Assembly (NCBI GenBank): GCA_029762535.1
Contig: JARVGK010000040.1
Location: 1 to 27,111 of the forward strand
From: Thermoplasmatota archaeon
GTDB taxonomy: Archaea > Thermoplasmatota > Penumbrarchaeia > Penumbrarchaeales > Penumbrarchaeaceae
Direction: 5' to 3'
Length of the DNA stretch: 27,111 nucleotides
In this document: positions 8,167 to 16,933 of the stretch, in pieces
Layout of the letters: each line of letters starts with the position of its first letter
How positions within the stretch are numbered: position 1 is the first letter of the stretch
Program-made: the position numbers and the translations under genes
Notes under the pieces: generated by a model
The model's input: only the letters and a program-made list of their open reading frames with translations
The model's database searches: none
What the model was told of the DNA's origin: nothing

Positions 8167-10511
8167 CAGGCCTTCCTCCGCTTCCTTCGGACATATCGGC
8201 TGTAGATCACGTAAAGGGCTATCGCGACCAACAAAACCATCGCCAGGATCCAGAACGGGAACGGCCTGGACGGGCGCTCGGGTTCGGGAGGCGGGATCGG
8301 GACCATCCTCTCCATATCGAACATCGTACCTTTCTGAACTACGGTCCCCCCCTGATAGGCGCTGGATGGAGCCGCCCCGCTCCACCGTGACAGCATGGAG
8401 TTGGATGGGGGCTCCATCAATTCGAGGGATCCGTTATCGGGGATCGCCACGCGCATAGAGGCGCCGATGACATACTCCATCCTGAACTCGAAATACTCAC
8501 CGTCCCTGAACGGCTGCAGGGCCTTGAATCCCCTGCCGTATATGCCTATCGCCCAGTACATGCCTGACCTTGAGGCATCGACGTTGATCGTCGCTGTCTT
8601 CGTTCCGCTGGTCCTGGAGCCGAGGAATGGGTGCTCGTAATCGAAGGTCCCATCCCAACCATAGTCTATGACGAAGGTGAGGTCCCCTATCTGGCCTTCC
8701 CTGAGTATCCAGGGATCGAACTGAAGCGTTATCGAGATCTCCTGTGCTCCCTCCGGGACGTATATCAGCCTGGTCTGGTTCTGCACCAGCAGCGGTATGT
8801 CCCTGTCCTGCGCATACCTTGCGAACTCGCCTTTCCATGAAGTATGCAGGGTGTCCGTCGAGAGGTTCCTGGTCGTCTCATGGAAAACCCCCCCTCCCTC
8901 GTAGACCTCGATGGCATCGTTAACGTTCCATTTCCTGTCGCCGTACCTGTCCCTGAGACGCTGGAGCGTCAATGCGATGCCCACGCATCTCTGCGCGTCC
9001 ACTATTCCGTATCCCTGAGCCCAATCGATCGGTTTTTGGTCCCATCCGATCTCGGTATCCCCCATGTCCTCAGGTTCCGGCACACCGTTGTCGTTGGCCT
9101 CGTCCGAGAGGGGGATCCCGTCCGGGGACAGGTAATGGGCCGACTGCTCCATTATCCACTCGATCTCGTGAATGCGGTTGAAGGTATTTGCGACCCATCC
9201 CTCCGGATCGTCTCCGGAATAGTCCTCGAACCTGTCCGATATCGTAAGAGAGGGGGCCGCCTGGAACATCAGTGCCGCGAGCCCGCTGACATGGGGGGTG
9301 GCCATCGAGGTTCCGGAGATCGCAAGATAATAGGGGTTGGGATTGCCCCTCATCTTGGACATCGCGGATATCTGCGTGATCCTCGCATGGGCCGACCATA
9401 TCCTGACTCCCGGGGCCCCGACATCGGGATATGTCTGGTTCTTTCCTTTCTCGCCTCTGCTGGAGAAGTCGGCCACGTAGGATCCGTCCCTTGCGAAGGC
9501 GGCGACCCCGATGTTCGATGGGATCAGGGATGTAGGGGAGGTGGTCAGGGTCTCCCCGGAATGATAGCCTCGGCCCGCATTACCCATGGCGAAGACCACC
9601 AGAACATTGTTGTCGTACGTGAGCTTCTGACAAATTTGGGACGTCGCGTCCTCGGGATCGTATTCCCCCGCCCCCCCGCCCCATGAATTGGATACCACTC
9701 TTATGTTGTGGGGATTCGGCGGTCGGGAGTTTTGATATACCCAGTCCAGGCCTTGAAGCGTGTTCGTAAGGGTGATGCCCACATCCCCAACGCACAGTCC
9801 AATGAGCTTGGAATCCGGCGCCACGCCCTTTCTGGCACCCGCCGAGGCATCCCCGTTCCCTGCTATGGTCCCCGCGCAGTGGGTTCCGTGGCCGTAGCTG
9901 GTGTCCGAGTTCTCGAGCTCGTACCAGGGGCCTCCGGGTATGTCGGATTTGATGTTGATGATGGTCTTTCTGCCGTAATCCAGGTCCGGATGCCCGGCAT
10001 CGATCCCCGTATCCACCACAGCGACCGTCACGCCTTCGCCGGTTATCTGCGGGAAATCATGATTAGCGGAACATATCCAGCTGTCCCATGCCAGCGTCGC
10101 GTTTATGGTGAGCAGCGATTCCTCCATGTCGAAGGTGACCTCATGGTCGTGCTCCATCCAAACGACCCTTGGATCCCCGCTAAGCCTCATTATCGTATTC
10201 GGATCGCCCTTGAGGGTCGCTACCGGAATGGTCTTCATGGTGGCGATGACATCGGTCCCGGACCTTCGGGCGAGTTCCAGGTCCCTATCGATCGGAAAGC
10301 CCCTGTACCTGACCAGGACCTGGATGGACGGCCCGGATGGATCCTCCAGCATGGGCCTGAGCTCCCGGTCGATCACCGGAAGGTAAACCTTCCGGGGAAG
10401 AATTTGGTCTCTCCCGGCCGATCCAAGAACGGGGATTATCAAAAGCGATATGACCATCAACAACAGCAGCAGAGCGGCCGGCCTTTCCTTCGGCGATCCC
10501 TCGGAGGGCAT
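8166..10511 (-). CDS. Membrane-anchored extracellular S8 (subtilisin-like) serine protease, paralog 1, ~781 aa
   Basis: Signal peptide, propeptide-like region, VVDTG, GHGTHCAG, AMGN, GTSMATPHVSG, Pro-rich linker, TM + RRKRRK. Start is ATG 10511 or GTG 10517; AATATATC at 10541..10534. Confidence 0.92.
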   Translation of the reverse strand: MPSEGSPKERPAALLLLLMVISLLIIPVLGSAGRDQILPRKVYLPVIDRELRPMLEDPSGPSIQVLVRYRGFPIDRDLELARRSGTDVIATMKTIPVATLKGDPNTIMRLSGDPRVVWMEHDHEVTFDMEESLLTINATLAWDSWICSANHDFPQITGEGVTVAVVDTGIDAGHPDLDYGRKTIINIKSDIPGGPWYELENSDTSYGHGTHCAGTIAGNGDASAGARKGVAPDSKLIGLCVGDVGITLTNTLQGLDWVYQNSRPPNPHNIRVVSNSWGGGAGEYDPEDATSQICQKLTYDNNVLVVFAMGNAGRGYHSGETLTTSPTSLIPSNIGVAAFARDGSYVADFSSRGEKGKNQTYPDVGAPGVRIWSAHARITQISAMSKMRGNPNPYYLAISGTSMATPHVSGLAALMFQAAPSLTISDRFEDYSGDDPEGWVANTFNRIHEIEWIMEQSAHYLSPDGIPLSDEANDNGVPEPEDMGDTEIGWDQKPIDWAQGYGIVDAQRCVGIALTLQRLRDRYGDRKWNVNDAIEVYEGGGVFHETTRNLSTDTLHTSWKGEFARYAQDRDIPLLVQNQTRLIYVPEGAQEISITLQFDPWILREGQIGDLTFVIDYGWDGTFDYEHPFLGSRTSGTKTATINVDASRSGMYWAIGIYGRGFKALQPFRDGEYFEFRMEYVIGASMRVAIPDNGSLELMEPPSNSMLSRWSGAAPSSAYQGGTVVQKGTMFDMERMVPIPPPEPERPSRPFPFWILAMVLLVAIALYVIYSRYVRRKRRKA

Positions 10512-10559
10512 GGCCACAAATAAGCTAGGATGGGATATATTGCTTGCGGCCCTCTGCCC

Positions 10560-13500
10560 TCACTCCTCCTTGTCGTCGATTCTGCTCTTCACCTTGGATA
10601 TGATCAAGACCAGTGCCACCAGGATTATGATTATCAGGATTATCGCCCCGCATAGTCCGAGGCATCCCAGGAAGCCGGGACCAACTGTCTCTTCATCATG
10701 GGAGATAGGAGGCATTGGCCTGTCCTGTAGCGGTGTGAGAATGTAACCTTTGTAAAGAGGCCACATGTCCGGCCCTCCATCCCGGTCCGAGAAATGATAG
10801 TCATACCTCATGTCCCAATCGAAGTTGAAAGGGGCTATGCTCCCATAGTATTTGCCCGGCTCGGTCTCATCCAGATTGAAGGATCCCACGCCATCAATGA
10901 CGATGTACACGCTCTGGCCTTGCCCTCCTTCGACGTTCACTATGACCGTCCTGTCCTTGATAACCTCGACCATGACATAGGTCAGATGCCATTCGGCTGC
11001 CCCCTCCCCGGTGGTGAAGTCCCAGGTCCTGACCTCGGAGGGATCGAGAACATGTCCTGCGTATGAGAGTACCATCGATGATATCTCGATGGTGTAGGTC
11101 GTGTTCGGGATAAGATCGGAATGGACCAGCGTCACCGTCCTTCCGTCTCCCGACCAGGTGAAGCCGGTCACGTTCAATTCCGGAGTTATGACGAAGCCCG
11201 ACTCAACGGTCGTCCTGTTCATCGAATGGGAGAAAGAGACGCGTATCCTCTGATTTATACCCACATCGCTTCCTGCAGGATACCGATCCACTATCGATAC
11301 GAACTCAGGGGCGGCGATCTCCTCGTATATCAGCGTGATGTCCATAGAGAGTATGGAAACGTCCAGTTCTATGTCCTCGATGGAGGCGTTCCCGTATCCC
11401 GAGCGGACCCCGTTCATGAACTCCATTCCCTCCGGAGGACGGGCGATTAGAAGGTATCCGGCCCCGTAGGGGACATCCTCGAACGCATATACCCCCTCTG
11501 GTCCCGAGACCGTGTCCAGGTGGATATCCAATATGGCGTTCTTCAAAGATACCGAGGCGTTCGGTATCCCGCTCGAGAATGGACCGCCTTGTGCCATCAC
11601 CGCGCCCGAGATGCTCCCGAACGTCCGGTTCCCGAGAACGAATTTGACATCGATCGATCCTGAGATGACCTCGATCTCCAGAGTTCCGGGGGCGTAGAGT
11701 TCGTTCCCTGCAAATGACAGTCGATAGCTCCCCGCGACCACCCTTAAGCTGAAAGAACCGTCGGCCCCGGTCGTGAGATGCAGGCTCGAGCCGTTATATG
11801 CTGGGGGGTATAGCAGTGAGGGTACCTCCATATCCAAAACGAGGTCGATCCCTTCCAGTGGGTCATCCTTCCAGTCGACGACCGTCCCGTTTATGTGATA
11901 CGTGGGCGCCAGAACGAGCTTCAATCCCTCTATCCCCTCCGGAGGCACCTCCAGGTCCAGCTTGTCCCACATCGATGGAGTTCCGAACACGGCCCGCAGC
12001 GATCCCGGATAACACATGAAGGAGAAAACGCCGGAGGGATCCGTATGGCCCTCATCCACGATGAAATGTTCCTTTTCCGGGTCCACCATTACTACGAAAC
12101 CCTCCAGCGGGTTATCGTCGATGTCCACGAGCGTTCCGTTAACCCAGGTGCTGAGTTCCGGAACGGGCTCCAGCATTATGTCCATCTGCTTTCCCGCCCT
12201 CGAGGTCATGTCCAACTTTTCCCTGTAGGGATAATAACCCTCTCGGTCGCAGTAGAGATCGACCGTGTCCCGACCCCAAGCTCTGTAATAGCCAACATCA
12301 TCACTTCCGATGCTGTACTGTGAGAACAGATGTACGTAATTCTCCTCCTCCCCCCATAGGCTCTCGAAATAGGGCATGATATAAGGCACCTGCCTTGTGG
12401 GGGTCATATCGAGATATCTTCTTGAGTACGCACCCAATTCCTGATTCGGGATCGCCATTCCGGTCGATGAATCCCTTATGAACCCTTCTACGCTATCTAG
12501 AGGATGGGTCGGATACATGACGATCTCTCCGAGAGAGCCTCCCTCGGGGGGGACCTCGAAATCGATCTCCTCGAACCTCCAATGACTGCGGGCGTTGGGC
12601 GATGACTCGTAGCCCTCATACATACTCACGAGATAGGACCCGGGCAGCACCTTTGCCCTGATCATACCCGTATTATCCGATACTGGCTTGTAGGTACTCG
12701 AGGGATGGTCAAGCGAATCCATCGTCACGGCCTGCCCCGCAACGGGCCCCCCCTCCGCTGAAACGAGGTTGAGGGAGATCTCGACGGGATCGGGCGGGAA
12801 CGTGTTCCTGATCAGGGATATGACCGCGCTTCCAGTCCCTCCTTCGGGGACGCTGAGGTTCTTGATGCTCCCGGAACCGATCGAGTAATAAGCCTTGACG
12901 ACTGGATAGGTGGCGGCCTTCACCGTCGCGTTGAAGTAGCCGTCGGTCCCGGCCATCCCGTAGAAGGATATCCATCGCCCGTGCTCATCACTGTATAGCG
13001 ATGCCGAGACCTGTGCTTTGGGAACGATGATCCCCGAAACCTCGTCAACGACCTTGATGGATACCTGGCCTTCGGGGATCGGGTCCGGAGCCGTTGGCTC
13101 CAGCGTGACGTCAAGATCCACGGGCTCGGATACAGGCCCGGGAGGGATCGTGATGTAAGAGGTGTCGTATCCCCATTCCCAAACATCCAGAACGACTTCC
13201 ATATCCGGAGGGATCCCTAGCTTCGTGTTCCCGGAGGCGTCGGTATAGGCGGACGCGGATATGCTCCGGTGCTCCCTCGGATCGTACAACGACATGTAAT
13301 AACCGACCGATGCGGAGGCGATCGGACCCATGCCGTCCTTGACGTGAACGTCCACTCTTCTCCACTCCTCGGGATAGGGGACCTCGGCATCGACGAACAT
13401 CTCCGTGCCGTTAACGATCGCAAATCTTTGGAATCTCATACTCACGTTCCATTCGATGTCCTTCTCCGTTTCAAATCCCAACCCGTACTCACCCGGACCG

Positions 13501-14351
13501 ACCATCAGGTCAAAGTATCCCGTGACCGGATCTCCGCTGTAGCTCCATGAGCTTTGTCTGGTATTCTCCCGATCGGCCGCATACCCTGAGGCGGAGGCAT
13601 AGTACAGAGGCAGTATGTCCGAGGAACCTTTCCTCAATGCCCTTACATGCAGGGGGACGGTTCCGGAATATTCAGGGCGCAGCTCTATGTCCAGATCGTA
13701 TGCGTCCTTTCCCTGAACGATATGCAGTTCGTTCGTGTACGTATCGTATCCTGCGACCGCTACCGTCACCTTGTAGGGCCTTGAGGCTTCTGGAAGGTAC
13801 ATGGTGTAGGAACCGTCCGCGGCCGTGAACTCCGTCAGTGAGATGGGAGCCCAGTTCTCGTCCTCGCCGTTAAAGCCCACAGGCTGGCCCGATAATGGGA
13901 GCCCGGTTGACACGTCCGTTACCTTGCCCTTCACCTCGTTAGTCCAGGGCAGGAAGGGCTTCAGCACGCCCACTATCGGATGGTTACCGTCCGGCTCCAC
14001 GAAGAGAGAGGTGTTCCACCAGTATACCTCCGCCGCATCGTAGGCCCATAATCTGCAGGGCCCCCAGTTGTTGGATTCCACGTATAGGGTGCACTCGCCG
14101 TTCAGGTCGGTGGTCCCGGAAACGGTATTGTACGATGCCTGACCGATATTGAGCAGGCGGACCTCGAACGACTCGGCAGGATCGCTGTTAGGGTACTCCA
14201 GGCTGATCTCCACCGTCGCCGAATACGGCCCGGGGATCCTGGATCCGGTTGGATGTCCGCCCCGGACCTCGAAATCCATCGCCAATGCCACTGTCAAGAA
14301 CAATGCCGCGACGCACAATGCTGCTATTGAAGAACGCTTGGCCCTTACCAT
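10560..14351 (-). CDS. Large cell-surface protein, 1263 aa: repeated carboxypeptidase-regulatory-like (prealbumin-fold) domains, an SbsA/Big_5-type Ig domain and a C-terminal TM anchor
   Basis: Signal peptide MVRAKRSSIAALCVAALFLTVALA; repeats of the GxVxDxxTGxPL...TxxDGxY type; YPAGSDVGINQRIRVSFSHSMN...NTTYTIEI...WDFTT; terminal PGF-TM-KVKSR. Confidence 0.85.
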   Translation of the reverse strand: MVRAKRSSIAALCVAALFLTVALAMDFEVRGGHPTGSRIPGPYSATVEISLEYPNSDPAESFEVRLLNIGQASYNTVSGTTDLNGECTLYVESNNWGPCRLWAYDAAEVYWWNTSLFVEPDGNHPIVGVLKPFLPWTNEVKGKVTDVSTGLPLSGQPVGFNGEDENWAPISLTEFTAADGSYTMYLPEASRPYKVTVAVAGYDTYTNELHIVQGKDAYDLDIELRPEYSGTVPLHVRALRKGSSDILPLYYASASGYAADRENTRQSSWSYSGDPVTGYFDLMVGPGEYGLGFETEKDIEWNVSMRFQRFAIVNGTEMFVDAEVPYPEEWRRVDVHVKDGMGPIASASVGYYMSLYDPREHRSISASAYTDASGNTKLGIPPDMEVVLDVWEWGYDTSYITIPPGPVSEPVDLDVTLEPTAPDPIPEGQVSIKVVDEVSGIIVPKAQVSASLYSDEHGRWISFYGMAGTDGYFNATVKAATYPVVKAYYSIGSGSIKNLSVPEGGTGSAVISLIRNTFPPDPVEISLNLVSAEGGPVAGQAVTMDSLDHPSSTYKPVSDNTGMIRAKVLPGSYLVSMYEGYESSPNARSHWRFEEIDFEVPPEGGSLGEIVMYPTHPLDSVEGFIRDSSTGMAIPNQELGAYSRRYLDMTPTRQVPYIMPYFESLWGEEENYVHLFSQYSIGSDDVGYYRAWGRDTVDLYCDREGYYPYREKLDMTSRAGKQMDIMLEPVPELSTWVNGTLVDIDDNPLEGFVVMVDPEKEHFIVDEGHTDPSGVFSFMCYPGSLRAVFGTPSMWDKLDLEVPPEGIEGLKLVLAPTYHINGTVVDWKDDPLEGIDLVLDMEVPSLLYPPAYNGSSLHLTTGADGSFSLRVVAGSYRLSFAGNELYAPGTLEIEVISGSIDVKFVLGNRTFGSISGAVMAQGGPFSSGIPNASVSLKNAILDIHLDTVSGPEGVYAFEDVPYGAGYLLIARPPEGMEFMNGVRSGYGNASIEDIELDVSILSMDITLIYEEIAAPEFVSIVDRYPAGSDVGINQRIRVSFSHSMNRTTVESGFVITPELNVTGFTWSGDGRTVTLVHSDLIPNTTYTIEISSMVLSYAGHVLDPSEVRTWDFTTGEGAAEWHLTYVMVEVIKDRTVIVNVEGGQGQSVYIVIDGVGSFNLDETEPGKYYGSIAPFNFDWDMRYDYHFSDRDGGPDMWPLYKGYILTPLQDRPMPPISHDEETVGPGFLGCLGLCGAIILIIIILVALVLIISKVKSRIDDKEE

Positions 14352-14389
14352 GATAATATCCCCAATGTTCAAGTGCATTTTTCTGCGGT

Positions 14390-14397
14390 TATATAAA
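14390..14397 (-). promoter_or_regulatory. TATA box of the large surface protein gene (divergent promoter region shared with the Cas4-like gene)
   Basis: Consensus TTTATATA on the minus strand; plus-strand AT-rich TTAAATATTAATAATA at 14441-14456 precedes ATG 14479. Confidence 0.6.
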
Positions 14398-14478
14398 CAA
14401 TACCCTGGATCCATCTTGAGTAATATTGCCGTTTCGACAATTAAATATTAATAATAGGTCCAGGGTCAAAGTGACGGG

Positions 14479-15978
14479 ATGCCAACGAATGCGAAAGATA
14501 GGCCGATATCCGCCTCGGAGGTCGAGAGATGGAGCTACTGCCCTCTCTCCTGGAAGCTGGACCGATCGGAACCACCTGTTCGTGACCACAGGTTCGCCAT
14601 AGGCGACAGGGTCCATGCCGATCACGCTGAGAAGGCATCGAAGGTCATCAAGGACCAGGAAAGGGCAATGGACGCACGAAAGACCACCTGGTCCTTCATC
14701 TTGATATCCGGCATACTGCTCCTTCTCGGAGTGTCCCTGGCCTTCCTCACGAGAGTGGGATTCATGAACATCGACGCATGGCGTCTCGTGGTGGTTTCCG
14801 CCTCGATACTGCTCGTCAGCGCGGGCCTCTTCCTCTACTTCAGGAGATCGGCCAAGGAGGGATCGATCATCAAGACGTTGATGTCCGGCAGGGATCTCCG
14901 AGAGATCAGGGGCAGGGTCGGTTTCACCCTCGAGCCGTTCCTCCTCTTCGCATTCGGTTCATACCTGCTCATCAACGGGATACTGATGCTCCAGCCTTTC
15001 GGCCTCTCGCTCGCCTCCCTCGCGAGCTTCATGACGATCTCGCTAGTGGTCATCTACTTCTTCCTGCTGATGTTCTTCATAATCTATCTGAGGGACCCTC
15101 AAAGGGGGCCGTTCAAGGGCAGGATATCCATGACGGCCCTTTTAATGGTCGGCCTACTCATCTTCATCACCGTGCTGTTCCTCTTCATATCAGAGATGTA
15201 TGAGATGGGGGATACCGCGGGATTCATCATACTCATCGCCTCCTTCATATGGTTCATCGGATCCCTGGTGTTCCATCTGTACAGGCAGAACAGGAGAGGC
15301 CCCAAATCCGCGAGGACCGGGTCCAGCGCCGACCTGCCGATGGTTGTCCTATCGATAATCGCCTCGATGTTCGCCGCATCGGCGTTCATGGCAACGAGCG
15401 AGAGGGTTGGGGATTATTACGTTATATCCGTGGCGCTTTCTATACTATGGCTCTTGGGTGCCGCCTTCTTCATGTTCAGGGCAACGACCCTGAAGAGGGG
15501 GGTGGAGGACGGGCTCGAGGATATGGGCATCGCCAGAACCTCGAGGTTGATCGGCTCCGACCCTGTGGTCAGGGGAAAAAGGGGCCGCCCCTTGATGTCC
15601 AAAAGGCATTACCTGATCGGGACACCTGACCTCATCATCGAGGAGGACGGAAAAAAGATACCGGTGGAGATCAAATCCGGCCGTGTTCCGAAATCCCCGC
15701 ATTTCAGCCACATAATGCAGCTGACCTGCTACATGATATTGATGGATGTGGAATACGGCAGCTCCCCTCCATACGGATACGTGGATTACAGGCCCCCCGG
15801 AGAGGAGACGAAAAGGTTCCAGGTCGATCTTGACCTCTTGACCAGGGCCATAGCCCTCTCGAAGGTGTCGGAGATCCGGGACTCCATACGCACCGGGGAG
15901 GCGCATCGGAACCATGACAATCCGGGCAAATGCCGCAACTGTTCCAGGCGCGGTTTGTGCCCGGAGAGGTTGGTTTGA
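14479..15978 (+). CDS. Solo Cas4-like PD-(D/E)xK Fe-S nuclease with an inserted 8-TM membrane domain, 499 aa
   Basis: N-terminal ISASEVERWSYCP and GDRVH; after the TM block GTPD (motif II), VEIKSG (motif III), QLTCY (QxxxY) and CRNCSRRGLC (three remaining Fe-S Cys). Confidence 0.85.
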   Translation: MPTNAKDRPISASEVERWSYCPLSWKLDRSEPPVRDHRFAIGDRVHADHAEKASKVIKDQERAMDARKTTWSFILISGILLLLGVSLAFLTRVGFMNIDAWRLVVVSASILLVSAGLFLYFRRSAKEGSIIKTLMSGRDLREIRGRVGFTLEPFLLFAFGSYLLINGILMLQPFGLSLASLASFMTISLVVIYFFLLMFFIIYLRDPQRGPFKGRISMTALLMVGLLIFITVLFLFISEMYEMGDTAGFIILIASFIWFIGSLVFHLYRQNRRGPKSARTGSSADLPMVVLSIIASMFAASAFMATSERVGDYYVISVALSILWLLGAAFFMFRATTLKRGVEDGLEDMGIARTSRLIGSDPVVRGKRGRPLMSKRHYLIGTPDLIIEEDGKKIPVEIKSGRVPKSPHFSHIMQLTCYMILMDVEYGSSPPYGYVDYRPPGEETKRFQVDLDLLTRAIALSKVSEIRDSIRTGEAHRNHDNPGKCRNCSRRGLCPERLV

Positions 15979-15980
15979 GA

Positions 15981-16595
15981 TCAGTGTATTGGGATCTTCT
16001 TTCCCGGCCTCTTCTTGTGAACGTTGGCGTTCACCGAGGGCCTCACCTTCTCGGCGCCTATGCCCTTCTTCCTCAGGCCCCTCCTCTTCTTACCGGATGA
16101 GGTCAGGCCCCTGAACACCCTTGACGTGTGCTGCCTGCCATCTATCCAGTTGATCTTCGGATCGCTGGTTATCGAGGGATGGTGCGGGTCCACCAGTATG
16201 ACCTCGTAGAACCTGTGCTGGCCGTCCTCGCCCACCCAATAGGAATTGAGGACCTCCATGTTGGTGTAGTGCTTCGCCACCCTCTCCTCACCTATCCTCT
16301 GGATGTTCTTGTTCACCCTCATTCGGATGATACCCCTTCTCTTAGCCCTTCGCCCCTTTCGTATTGCCCTCTTCCTCAGAGAGCCTTTCCGGACCTTGAC
16401 CCTGACGATGACGTAACCCTGTTTGGCCCTGTAACCCAGCTTCCTGGCGCGGTCGAGCCTCAAAGGCCTCTCCACCCTTACGATCGTGCCCTCGGCCCTC
16501 CACTGGATTAGCCTCTGCTTGTTCACCTCCCTGGTCTCTCCATCCAGGGGCCTGTTCCAGCTGTCGTTTATGTAAGAATATACGCTCTTGGACAT
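15981..16595 (-). CDS. rpl15e: 50S ribosomal protein L15e (eL15)
   Basis: RVERPLRLDRARKLGYRAKQG, EVLNSYWVGEDG, YEVILVDPHHP, RVFRGLTSSGKKRRGL; AAGGTGA RBS. Confidence 0.97.
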   Translation of the reverse strand: MSKSVYSYINDSWNRPLDGETREVNKQRLIQWRAEGTIVRVERPLRLDRARKLGYRAKQGYVIVRVKVRKGSLRKRAIRKGRRAKRRGIIRMRVNKNIQRIGEERVAKHYTNMEVLNSYWVGEDGQHRFYEVILVDPHHPSITSDPKINWIDGRQHTSRVFRGLTSSGKKRRGLRKKGIGAEKVRPSVNANVHKKRPGKKIPIH

Positions 16596-16607
16596 CTTTT
16601 CACCTTC

Positions 16608-16635
16608 CGGATTCGCCCTTGCGGGTACATTTCCA
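16608..16635 (-). promoter_or_regulatory. Putative eL15 ribosomal leader (cis-regulatory RNA in the rpl15e 5' UTR)
   Basis: UGGA-AAUGUA-CCC-GCAA-GGG-CGAA-UCCG: GNRA-capped hairpin on an internal loop directly before the RBS. It resembles, from memory, the described eL15-Euryarchaeota r-leader; not tested against the model. Confidence 0.6.
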
Positions 16636-16683
16636 TTCGCCCAATGGCGAGGTGAATGGCAGAATGGCCACTCCTATTTATTG

Positions 16684-16926
16684 CTATCTGTCCTCTGATG
16701 GCCCTCTTCCTGCCTTCTTTTGGGCCAGGGCCTTTCTCCTTCTGCCCATGCGGACTATCCTTCGCACGAGCACCATGACGAAGACGATCAGGAACAGGGT
16801 GATCGGGGCCATACAGCATATTGTACACACCCAGAGGCATGTCTCTCCCGCACCACCGGTCTGGGCCGACAGGTTCTGCATGGCGGATCCCACGGATATA
16901 CCGACTGACGAGAACGCATAGCCCAT
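16684..16926 (-). CDS. Small single-pass membrane protein with Cys-rich juxtamembrane segment and basic tail (80 aa)
   Basis: Starts 7 nt after the GT2 stop; CLWVCTICCMAPITLFLIVFVMVLV followed by RRIVRMGRRRK. Confidence 0.6.
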   Translation of the reverse strand: MGYAFSSVGISVGSAMQNLSAQTGGAGETCLWVCTICCMAPITLFLIVFVMVLVRRIVRMGRRRKALAQKKAGRGPSEDR

Positions 16927-16933
16927 GGGACGA

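Noticed and set aside
8167-8385. N-terminal extensions in the ORF track (also 4848-5012, 14352-14414, 18193-18963, 23883-24224)
   Set aside because: They overlap neighbouring genes or promoters; internal starts have an RBS, stop-start coupling and proper domain or signal-peptide boundaries
14479-15978. CRISPR-Cas locus
   Set aside because: No repeat-spacer array or other cas gene in the window; the Cas4-like gene is solo
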